NCBI RefSeq assembly: GCF_006345805.1
Contig: NC_043023.1
Location: forward strand, 15,438,001-15,502,000
Direction of reading: 5' to 3'
DNA length: 64,000 nt
From: Octopus sinensis
Taxonomy: Eukaryota
Both the position numbers and the translations under genes were made by a program. A model generated the notes under the pieces. It had not been told where the DNA came from. It was given only the letters and a program-made list of their open reading frames with translations, and did no database searches. Below are positions 53,653 through 64,000 of this stretch, one piece after another; within the stretch, counting starts at the first letter, position 1, and each line of letters starts with the position of its first letter.

Positions 53653-55314
53653 ATGAATAGTCTGGAGATGTTAAAAGAAAGAGAAAAGTTATCAGACCAA
53701 TGTGATATCTGTAAAAAGACTTTTTCTAATAAGGGAAATCTCACTGTTCACAAATGTATTGATCCAGGTGGAAGGAAATATTACTGTGATATTTGTGGTA
53801 AATCATTCTCTCAAAAAAGTCACCTTACTCATCACAACTACACTCATACTGGAGAGAAACCACATCACTGTGATATCTGTGGTAAATCATTCTCTAAAAA
53901 ATATAACCTTACTAAACACAAATCCATTCATACAGGAGAGAAACCATATCAATGTTGTATTTGCGGTAAATCATTCTCTCATAGAAGTTCCCTTGATTCT
54001 CACAAACACATTCATACAGGAGAGAAACCACATCACTGTGATATCTGTGGTAAATCATTCTCTAAAAAATATAACCTTACTAAACACAAATACATTCATA
54101 CAAGAGAGAAACCATATCAATGTCGTATTTGCGGTAAATCATTCTCTCATAGAAGTTCCCTTGATTCTCACAAACACATTCATACAGGAGAGAAACCACA
54201 TCAGTGTGATGTTTGTGGTAAATCATTCTCTCAAAAAAGTAGCCTTAATTCTCACAAATACATTCATACAGGTGAGAAACCGTATCAGTGTGATATCTGC
54301 GATAAATCCTTTTCATTAAAAAGTTATTTAACTACTCACAAATCCATTCATACAGGAGAGAAACCATATCGATGTGATATTTGTGGTAAATCATTCACTC
54401 AGAAATGTAGCCTCACTCATCACAAATACACTCATACTGGAGAGAAACCATATCAATGTGATATTTGTGGTAAATCATTCTCTCAAAAATCTAACCTTAC
54501 TACTCACAAATCAGTTCATACAGATGAGAAACCATATCAGTGTGATATCTGTGATAAATCCTTTTCATCAAAAAGTCATTTAACTACTCACAAACTCCCT
54601 CATGCTCATGAGAGGCCATATCCCTGTGATATTTGTGGTAAATCATTCACTCAAAGGATAGGCCTTACTTATCACAAATACACTCATACAGGAAAGAAAC
54701 CATATAAATGTGATATTTGTGGTAAATCATTCTCTCAAAAAGGTCACCTTACTTATCACAAATCAGTTCATACAGGTGAGAAACCATATCAGTGTGATAT
54801 CTGTGATAAATCTTTTTCATCAAAAAGTCATTTAACTACTCACAAACTTACACATACACGTGAGAAGCCACATCACTGCGATATTTGTGGTAAATCATTC
54901 TCTCAAAAATGTAACCTTACTACTCACAAATCAGTTCATACAGATGAGAAACCATATCAGTGTGATATTTGTGATAAATCCTTTTCATCAAAAAGTTATT
55001 TAACTACTCACGAACTCACTCATGCTCATGAGAGGCTATATCCCTGTGATATTTGTGGTAAATCATTCACTCAAAGGAGAGGCCTTACTTATCACAAATA
55101 CACTCATACAGGAGAGAAACCATATCACTGCAATATATGTGGAAAATCATTCTCTCATAGGAGTGGCCTTACTTATCACAAATTAGTTCATAAAGGAGAG
55201 AAACCATATCACTGTGATATCTGTGGTGTAGCATTCTCTGAAAAAAGTCGCCTTGCTTATCACAAATACACACATGCAGGAGACAATCCATATCCCTGTG
55301 ATATATCTGTGTAA
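53653..55314 (+). CDS. A-type C2H2 ZNF, 553 aa, 19 fingers
   Basis: Intact ORF; acceptor at 53316. Ends CDISV* through an older frameshift shared with the 38-kb gene. Confidence 0.93.
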   Translation: MNSLEMLKEREKLSDQCDICKKTFSNKGNLTVHKCIDPGGRKYYCDICGKSFSQKSHLTHHNYTHTGEKPHHCDICGKSFSKKYNLTKHKSIHTGEKPYQCCICGKSFSHRSSLDSHKHIHTGEKPHHCDICGKSFSKKYNLTKHKYIHTREKPYQCRICGKSFSHRSSLDSHKHIHTGEKPHQCDVCGKSFSQKSSLNSHKYIHTGEKPYQCDICDKSFSLKSYLTTHKSIHTGEKPYRCDICGKSFTQKCSLTHHKYTHTGEKPYQCDICGKSFSQKSNLTTHKSVHTDEKPYQCDICDKSFSSKSHLTTHKLPHAHERPYPCDICGKSFTQRIGLTYHKYTHTGKKPYKCDICGKSFSQKGHLTYHKSVHTGEKPYQCDICDKSFSSKSHLTTHKLTHTREKPHHCDICGKSFSQKCNLTTHKSVHTDEKPYQCDICDKSFSSKSYLTTHELTHAHERLYPCDICGKSFTQRRGLTYHKYTHTGEKPYHCNICGKSFSHRSGLTYHKLVHKGEKPYHCDICGVAFSEKSRLAYHKYTHAGDNPYPCDISV

Positions 55315-56485
55315 ATCATTTTCTTCTAGAAGCAGTTTAACCTCTCATAGATACATTCACGCAGCAGAGAGACCATATTCTTGCGATATCTATGATAAGT
55401 CATTCTGTTTAAAAAAATATTTAACTGATCACAAACACGTTCATACACACGAGAAACCATATCTGTGGTAAATCATTCTCTCAAAAAAGGTACTTAAATA
55501 GACACAAATGCATTAATACAGGGGACACACCATAGCACTGTGGTATCTGCAGTAAATTATTCCGTTTAAGAAAATATTTAATTAATTACAAGTCTGCTCA
55601 TACTGGAGAGAAACTATGTGACTGTGATGTCTGCAGCAAATCATTCTATTGTGAATATGCTGTATATACTTATAAACGTATTCATACAGGAGAGAAACTC
55701 TACTGCTGTGATACCTGAGGTAAATCATTCTCTGTGGAACAATATTGAACTCATCACAAATACATTCATACAGGAGAGAAATCATATCACTGTGACATCT
55801 GTGACAAGTCATTCTTTCATAGAGAGAAATAATAAACTAAACACAAACATATTCATACAGGGTAAGATTCTTATGACTGTGTAATCTGTGCTAAATCATT
55901 CTCTCAATAATCTACCTTAACTAAACATATACTTATTCATATTGATCAATAACAATATCAATGATAAAACAGATGTCCTGCTGAATAAAATACAGCAAAT
56001 GTATTACTTTTTACAAAATAAATTCATTTTTCACATTTTCCTCATTTGCATCAACTCACTAATTACGATTTGTGTTTTTTATTCAAACAATATTGATTAT
56101 ATTAATTTGCTCTGTTTTCTTGAGGATATATTATTTTGACACAAATGTATTACACTCCAGTTCCCAGCCATGATCAGTTATCCTCTGCTGGACACACTCA
56201 GGGATCCCAGGATCTGCACCCTTTGTGCTACTGCCCACATATTCTGGCACTAGCTGGAGGCTTATTGCTGTTTGTCACAGTTTTGGGTGTAGAGTGGGAA
56301 ATATTTTTCAAAAGCCTAATGCCCCACTCTACCTATGGTTCAAGCACATCCCCGCTCAACCCATGCAAGGGATTATCATCATACTTATTTTTTGCTAAAT
56401 CATTCTGTAGAGCAGGTTTTCATGGTCTGGTTCTTACCAGACACCAAGCAGGGATTTATGATGGGCATCTGGTTAGAATGGCACC

Positions 56486-57498
56486 TGTTGTGATGAGAGT
56501 TACCATGTCCCCTTGTGAGAGATAGATTGGTTCGAGTAAAGTATAAATAGTAACGATCTGAGTGGGTTTGCGGTTCAGAGTCAAGTGAAGTCGGAAGGTG
56601 TCGCTTGGTTTACTTCCTAAGGAATATTGAATGTTGGTTCTTAAAAGATTTGTTAGTTCATTAGATTGTTGTTAGAATTTTCTGGTTATCTTATTTATTG
56701 TACGGAACAATTATGTTACAACATCTGGCGATGAGGGTTTCGAAGCTCTTGCAGGTCAGTTAACAAATTTTTGTGATACAAAATTGTTAAATCATGGAAG
56801 ACTAATTAGCTTCTTTAAAACTGTTGCAAAATCAACGACAAAGGCAGCAACAACAACAATTGTTGGAGCTTTATTCAAAGAAGTCCAAAAATGAGGGAAG
56901 TACATTTTTGCCAGACGACGTTTTGGACTCGATGAATCCAGTTATAACCCAGAGGATGGTATAACTGTTGCATTGTACTACAGCAGCTAATTTTTAAGGA
57001 TGATTGTAAGACATGGTCAGACACAGAAAAAGTAAGGTTATTATGACATAAATGAGCCCCATCTGAGTATGAACATTATTTTAATTTCATATTACCCGAA
57101 AAAACTCAATGAAATTTGTTTTAAAGAAACAATAGAATTACTGTCTAAAATATTCGGTGATAAAACTTCTCTAACACTTGGATGGTGTTTTGGAATATAA
57201 TGAAAAAAGAGGATGGTGATTTTATCACATACGCAGGAACAATTAACAGAATGTGTGAATATTTTTAAACTCAAAGAATTTACACCTAAAATATTCAGGT
57301 GTCTTCTTTTGGTACAAGGCCTTACAACACTGAATATACAGAAATTCACACTGCAGAACTAAATTCTGAAGATTAACCATTAAAGATCCTAGAGGGCTCT
57401 GAACAGAAACAAAATTCGTACACGTAAAAATGATTGGAATACATATTAAACTTCAGTTAGACATTGGAAGTGATATTTCAATAATAAATATGGATACA
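56486..57498 (+). mobile_element. Ty3/Gypsy relic (LTR 56486-56723, PBS, gag, protease)
   Basis: Copy of 13547-14555. Protease reads IKLQLDIGSDISII. Confidence 0.8.
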
Positions 57499-57924
57499 GT
57501 GAACTCTCCCTACTATGCCAGTTTTGCAGATGCCCAGAGAGCATGGAGCACTATCCGAAAGTTTATGCAGCAGAAGAGCAGCGGAGAACCCAGGGTCATG
57601 CAGGCGTATGATAGGCTAGACAATGAAATGAATGAAAACCGCCGAAAGTAGATGAGTCAGCCGACAATTTTTGAGAGCTTCAGGATTAACTAAAAGCAAT
57701 TTGAACTTAATAAACATGGATGTCTTCTTTTTACCATTGCATTGAACTTCTTATTGGCCTTACTTCCTACTCTACGAATTTTTATTCGTATGTTCAGTAA
57801 ATTTTTGGTTATGTAGTGTTTAGATAACAGACCCTCGGTACTATGCCACTCTGGTTCAGTCCCACAGGGTGGCAAAGTAGCGAGAGTTGACTGTATATGG
57901 AAGAAAATAGGGAAACCTATCTCT

Positions 57925-58685
57925 TCTACATGTTTCAGTCATTTGACAGTTGCCATGGTGGAGCACCACCTTTAGTCAAGCAAATAAACACCAGGACTTA
58001 TTCTTTGTAAGCCCAATACTTATTCTATCGGTCACTTTTGCCGAACCGCTAAGTTACAGAGACATAAACGCACCAGCTTCAATTGTCAAGCGATGTTGGG
58101 GGGAGAAATATAGACATACAAACTTACACACACACATATATACATATATATGATGGGCTTCTTTCAGTTTTTGTCTACCAAATCCACTTACAAGGTTTCA
58201 GTCGGTCCGAGGCTATAGTAGAAAACACTTGCCCAAGGTGCCACATAGTGGGACTGAACCCGGAACCTTATGGTTCAGAAGCAAGAAACTTACCACACAG
58301 CCACTCCTATGCCTATACTCTTTTACTTGTTTCAGTCATTTGACTGGAGCACTGCCTTTAATCGAGCAAATCAACCCCAGGACTTATTCTTTTGTAAGCC
58401 CAGTACTTATGATATCGGTCTCTTTTGCCGAACCACTAAGTGACAGGGACATAAACACACCAGCATCGGTTGTCAAGCAATGCTAGGGGGACAAACACAA
58501 ACACACATATATATATATATATGACGGGCTTCTTTCAGTTTCCGTCTACAAAATCCGCTCACAAGGCTTTGGTCAAGCCAAGGCTATAGTAGAAGACACT
58601 TGACCAAGATGTCATGCAATGGGGCTGAACCCGGAACCTTATGGTTCATAAGCAAGCTACTTTCCACACAGCCACTCCTGCGCCT
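57925..58685 (-). mobile_element. Two tandem SINE S2 copies
   Basis: Each ends ccacacagccactcct(a/g)(t/c)gcc on the plus strand. Confidence 0.8.
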
Positions 58686-58894
58686 ATGTTGAGAAAAACA
58701 GCAAAATTTCTTTGTAGCATGACGGGTGACAAATTAAATTTCATAGGCAAAATGTGGGGATAAGTCACATTTCAAGTGAAAGCATGCAATGTCTTCATTG
58801 TTAAATATGTTGATTATCTGTTTGGTACCAATTTTTTTTTTCTTGTTTCAGCTCAGAGCTGCGGCCATGCTGATGCACCGCCGTTTTGTACTAG

Positions 58895-59270
58895 AATGTT
58901 ATTACAAAGAACTTCCTCTAATGTGTGGCACTTGGTGAAGAATGGAGTTTGATATAGCTACTCTCATTTGCACCTCTTGCCGTGAGGTAGGTTCATCTGA
59001 GACTCTCGACAGGAAGATGTCCAGCTTTGATTTAAAAATCACTACATCTACTTTGTGCAAGTTCCTCAGACTCTTTGGGAGAATATTAAAAAGCTGTGGG
59101 CCCTTGAAACCCAGCCTGTTGCAGAAGCTGGTCCTGAAGCATGATGTCATTGCCGGGATCTTTGGCACTATGCAATGTTGTCCTGTTCTAAAATTGCTGT
59201 GGTTTACAATGCAATTAGTTAGAATTATTCAATATGGGACTTCCCTATAAATATCTATTGTAAAAATGTA
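58895..59270 (-). mobile_element. CR1/L2-clade LINE 3' fragment
   Basis: GFKGPQLFNILPKSLRNLHKVDVVIFKSKLDIFLSRVSDEP resembles the CR1-type ORF2 C-terminus. Confidence 0.75.
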
Positions 59271-60374
59271 AATGGTTCATCATCATCATTTAACATCCAC
59301 TTTCCATACTGGCATGGGTTGGACGATTTTGACTGAGGGCTGGTGAGCCAGATGGCTGCACTAGGCTCCAATCTGATCTGGCAGAGTTTCTACAGCTGGG
59401 TGCCCTTCCTAATGCCAACCACTCCGAGAGTGTAGCGGGGCTGTCCAAGAATTTGGACCTGGAGATCTCCATTTCCACTGACTTCAAGGGCCACCTCCCA
59501 GTGGTGTCGGGCATCAATGGAAAGCGCCCTCGACTGCAACAAGACGACCACAGATTTTTTATTTCCCTTACCTGTCTTGTTGCCTAACAACAAGAGTGTA
59601 GTGGGTCTTTTTCAAGTGTGACTGGCACGGAAGGGGGCGCAGCCAGATGGCACTGGCATAGATAAGGCTCAAATGGTAGTTCTTTTGTGCCAACTCATTA
59701 TCTCACATTCACAGCATCATCATCGTTTAGTGTCCGTTTTGGATGGTTCGACTGTGGTCTGGGAAGCCAGAAGGCTGCACCAGGCCCAGTCTGATCTGGC
59801 AGTGTTTCTACATCTGGATGCCCTTTTCTCCATGCCGAGCAGGGCCATCTCCCTGACAGGATCTGTCTTTGGTCTTTGCTAAATTTACTGTATGGTTTTT
59901 CAATCCAGATCTTGCTTCCATACCTGAAATTTGTTCTCTAATTGTGGTAGGGATTCAGCAATAAGAACAAGGTCATCAGCTTGGAAGAGATCCCAAGGGC
60001 AGCCAATCTTAAATTCCTTCCTAATGCCAACCACTCCGTGAGTGTAGTGGGTGCATTTTACATGCCACCAGCACAGGTGTCAGGCAAGGCTGGCAACGGC
60101 TATGATCGGTTGGTGCTTTTTACCAGCAAGGAAGCCAGTCAAGGTGGTGCTGGCATCAGTCATGTTCAGATGGTGCTTTTTACTTGCCACCGGCACAGGT
60201 ATCACAACTACAATTTCCATTTGATTTTTTGATGTTAATGTACTTGACTCAATAGGTCTCCTCATATATCAATGTAAGTTCCATGGATCAAGGTGTAGAA
60301 TTGTATCAAGTAGAAGCACCAGCAATGCTATCTTCCTGGTGAGGCAAAAGCAGAAGTACTTGGTCAAAGATATA

Positions 60375-60563
60375 TCTTTGCATTTGGATTTTGTTGACAT
60401 GGAAAAAGCTTTTGACAGAGTCCCCTACTCCATTATTTGGTGAGAAATAGAGAAGCTAGGGAGAGATGAGTGGTTGGTAAGATTGGCTGCCCTTGGGATC
60501 TCTTCCAAGCTGATGACCTTGTTATTATTACTGAATCCCTACCAAAATTAGAGAACAAATTTC
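60375..60563 (+). mobile_element. RTE LINE reverse-transcriptase fragments (also 59830-60010 minus, 61855-62090 plus)
   Basis: FVDMEKAFDRVP, CPWDLFQADDL..AESLPKLENKFQVWKQ, NLAKTK and RWPCS motifs. Confidence 0.8.
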
Positions 60564-61347
60564 GGATCTTTTCCTTTTGAACGGTGCGTTTCAACACAAT
60601 TTCTAGTTAACTAAACACTTTTAAACTTCGTATACTATTAGAATGTGTTTATAAAACATCATTTTTTCTTGGCTTTATTGAGAAAATTCTATAGTTTGTA
60701 AGATATTTCGTCTGAAAATTCGAGTATTTTGGCAATTTTAACTGATCGCTGAGTCATTTAGGTAAATAACATTCTGTGCATAATGAATATGTCCCTCCTT
60801 TAAGAAACAGATTGGGTTTATTTACATTTGTGAAGAAAAAAAGATACCATTCCCCCACCCCGAACCCTAATCTAAAAGAGATTGAAATGCAATAGATCGA
60901 TACTAGGGCCATAATTATGGATGACAATTTCATACGACACCGCTACAGAAAGTGGGATTTTTTTCTAGCGGTGTCAAATGAAAATGTCACCCATAATTAC
61001 GGCCCTAGTATCGATCTATTGCATTTCAATCTATTTTAGAGTTAGAGTTAGGGGAGTGGGAAGGGTATCTTTTTTTCTTCACAAATGTAAATAAACCCAA
61101 TCTGTTTCTTAAAGGAGGGACATATTCATACAGCACGGAATATTTACCTAAATAGACTCCAGCGATTGGTTAAAATTGCCAAAATACTCGAATTTTCAGA
61201 CGAAATATCTTACAAACTATAGAATTTTCTCAATAAAGCCAAGAAAAAATGATGTTTTATAAACACATTCTTCCAGTATACAAAGTTTAAAAGTGTTTAG
61301 TTAACTAGAAATTATGTTACAAAGTGCCGTTCAAAAGGAAAAGATCC
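60564..61347. mobile_element. Self-palindromic GGATC-TIR MITE (784 bp) with inverted rather than direct flanks
   Basis: caaatttc|GGATC...GATCC|gaaatttg. Confidence 0.9.
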
Positions 61348-62559
61348 GAAATTTGTTCTCTAATTTTGGTAGGGATTCAGCAATAATAACAAGATCATCA
61401 GCTTGGAAGAGATCCCAAGGGCAGCCAATCTTACCAACCACTCATCTCTCCCTAGCTTCTCTATTTCTCACCAAAGTCCAAATGCAAAGATATATCTTTG
61501 ACCAAGTACTTCTGCTTTTGCCTCACCAGGAAGATAGCATTGCTGGTGCTTCTACTTGATACAATTCTACACCTTGATCCATGGAACTTACATTTATATA
61601 TGAGGAGACCTATTGAGTCAAGTACATTAACATCAAAAAATCAAATGGAAATTGTAGTTGTGATACCTGTGCCGGTGGCAAGTAAAAAGCACCATCCGAA
61701 CATGACTGATGCCAGCACCACCTTGACTGGCTTCCATGCCGGTAAAAAGCACCAACCGATCATAGCCGTTGCCAGCCTTGCCTGGCACCTGTGCTGGTGG
61801 CATGTAAAATGCACCCACTACACTTACGGAGTGGTTGGCATTAGGAAGGAATTTAAGATTGGCTGCCCTTGGGATCTCTTCCAAGCTGATGACCTTCTTA
61901 TTGCTGAATCCCTACCAAAATTAGAGAACAAATTTCAGGTTTGGAAGCAAGATCTGGATTGAAAAACCATACAGTAAATTTAGCAAAGACCAAAGACAGA
62001 GATGGCCCTGCTCGGCATGTAGAAAAGATGTCAGGAGAAACTCCATGTAGTGTACCCAGTACAAGATATGGACACATATTGTTCATTTGATTATAGGCTG
62101 GAGATTGTGGGATAGCCTAAGCATGTCCAGCAGAGAACAACTGATCATCGTTGGGAACTGGAATGTGATACAATGGTGTCGGAATAATATATCCACAAGA
62201 AAACAGCAAATTAATGTAATTAAAATTGCTTGATTGAAAACCACACACATCATAATTAATGAGTTGATGCAAATGAGGAAAATGTAAAAAATTTATTTGT
62301 CTCAAAAAAAGTAATACAATTGCTGTATTTTATTCCCCATTTTATCACTGGTATTGTTATTGATCAATATGAATAAATACAGGTTTAGTTAAATTACGTT
62401 AAGAGAATGATTTTGCACAGATAACACAGCAATATGTCTTCTCTCCTGTATGAATGCATTTAAAATTAGTTAAACAACATAATCCTAAGAGAATGATTTA
62501 CTACAGATATCAAAACCAAAAATCAAAGTCATAATCGATCAACATCAATGGAATTTGTA

Positions 62560-62822
62560 GCTGTGATACCAAGGCCGGTGGCACATAAGTGAACCATCCG
62601 AACGTGGCCGTTTGCCAGTTCCTTCTGGCACCTTTGCCGGTGGCACGTAAAAAGTACCCACTACAATCACGGAGTGGTTGGCGTTAAGAAGGGCATCCAG
62701 CTGTAGAAACACTGCCAGATCAGACTGGAGCCTGGTGCAGCCTTCTGGCTTCCCACACCCCAGTTGAACCGTCCAACCCATGCTAGCATGGAAAGTGGAC
62801 GCTAAACGATGATGATGATGAT
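62560..62822 (+). mobile_element. SINE S3 in the decayed ZNF tail
   Basis: Ends in (gat)n at ~62820. Confidence 0.75.
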
Positions 62823-63131
62823 CACAGTGATACAATATCTCCCCCATCTAAGTGGATTTGTGATAAAAATATTTTCTCACGCAGAATGACTTACTGCAGA
62901 TATTACAGTGCTTTCTCTCCTGTATGAATGTATTTGTGATTAGTTAAATATTGTTCCACAGACAATGATTTGCCACACCTCTTACAGTGAAAGGGCTTCT
63001 CTCTTGTATGAATACATTTATGAGTATATATAGCACATTCCCAAGAGAATGATTTACCACAGATATCACAGTGACATAGTTTGTCTCCTTTATGAATAGA
63101 CTTAGAATGATTTACTGCAGATATCACAGTG

Positions 63132-64000
63132 CTATGATTTCTCTCCTGTATGAATGTATTTGTGTCTAGTAAGGTTACTTTTTCCAGAGAATGATTTACC
63201 ACAGATATCACATTGATATGCCCTCTCATCAGTGTGGGTACGTTCATGAGCAGTTAAATAACTTCTTAATACAAAGGATTTACCACATATATTGCAGTGA
63301 TATTGTTTCTCTCCTGTATGAATGTATTTGTGTCTATTAAAATTACTTTTATGAGAGAATGATTTACCACAGATATCACACTGATATGGCCTTTCATTAG
63401 TGTGAGTAAGTTCATGAGCAGTTAAATTACTTCTCACTACAAAGGATTTACCACAGATATTGCAGTGACATGGTTTCTCTCCTGTATGAATGGATTTGTG
63501 AGAAATAAGGCTACCTTTTTGAGAGAATGATTTACCACAAATATCGCAGTGATATGGCTTCTCACCTGTATGTTAGTTTGTGAGTGGTTAAATAACTTTT
63601 TAATGAAAAAGATTTATTACAGATATCACACTGATATTGTTTCTCTCCTGTGTGAATATATTTGTGAGAAGTAAGGTTACATTTGTGAGTGAATGATTTA
63701 CCACAAATATCACAATGAAATGGCTTCTCATGAGCATGAATAAGTTTGTGTTTAGTTAAAGAACTTCTTATTGAAAAGGATTTATTACAAATATCACAGT
63801 GATGTGGTTTCTCTCCTGTATGAATGTATTTGTGAGAAGTAAGGCTAGTCTTTTGAGAGAATGATTTACCACAAATACCACACTGATATGGTTTCTCTCC
63901 TGTGTGAATGTATTTGTGATAAGTAAGGCTAGTCTTTTGAGAGAATGATTTACCACAAATACCACACTGATATGGTTTCTCTCCTGTATGAATGTATTTG
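63132..64000 (-). pseudogene. 3' part of a third-type C2H2 ZNF running in from the right edge; 2-nt frameshift near 63572; decayed fingers continue to ~62400
   Basis: Finger frame is open from 64000 to ~63575. aactaacatacagg versus aactaacacatacagg at 11562. Stop EKS* at 63132. Confidence 0.8.

Larger units (their letters stand above)
59823..62030. repeat. 2.2-kb palindrome with a ~20-nt loop at 60946-60965
   Basis: The host arms (59823-60563 and 61348-62030) and the central MITE are all mirror-symmetric. Confidence 0.92.

Overview
Eukaryotic, AT-rich DNA with no prokaryotic genes, rRNA, tRNA or CRISPR. The window is part of a tandem C2H2 (Kruppel-type, TGEKP-linker) zinc-finger gene cluster. 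The CDICGKSF finger style, the SINE families and the RTE/Tx1 LINE remnants point to an Octopus or other coleoid cephalopod; this is inferred, not proven. There are 10 ZNF loci plus the 5' intron of an eleventh at the left edge. Five are long, essentially intact single-coding-exon ORFs (10452-12596, 18461-19918, 29599-30987, 43991-45547, 53653-55314); the others are frameshifted, truncated or chimeric. The genes use a non-coding exon 1 (GT donor) and a shared ...tgtgtcatttcAG acceptor. Between them lie a co-duplicated Ty3/Gypsy relic (LTR-PBS-gag-protease), Merlin-type DNA transposon remnants and MITEs, a Tc1/pogo MITE, a Helitron relic, RTE, CR1 and Tx1 LINE fragments, an ORF1-only LINE derivative and four SINE families. 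The most striking feature is architectural: inverted (fold-back) duplications at every scale. These include a ~39-kb imperfect mirror, a 1.6-kb palindrome that duplicates exon 1 into a bidirectional promoter, a 2.2-kb palindrome centred on a MITE, and 2-kb arms created by a switch inside a finger array. Together they produce chimeric ZNFs, promoter swaps and promoter-less intact finger cassettes. Identities and coordinates were read by eye and are approximate to a few bp.
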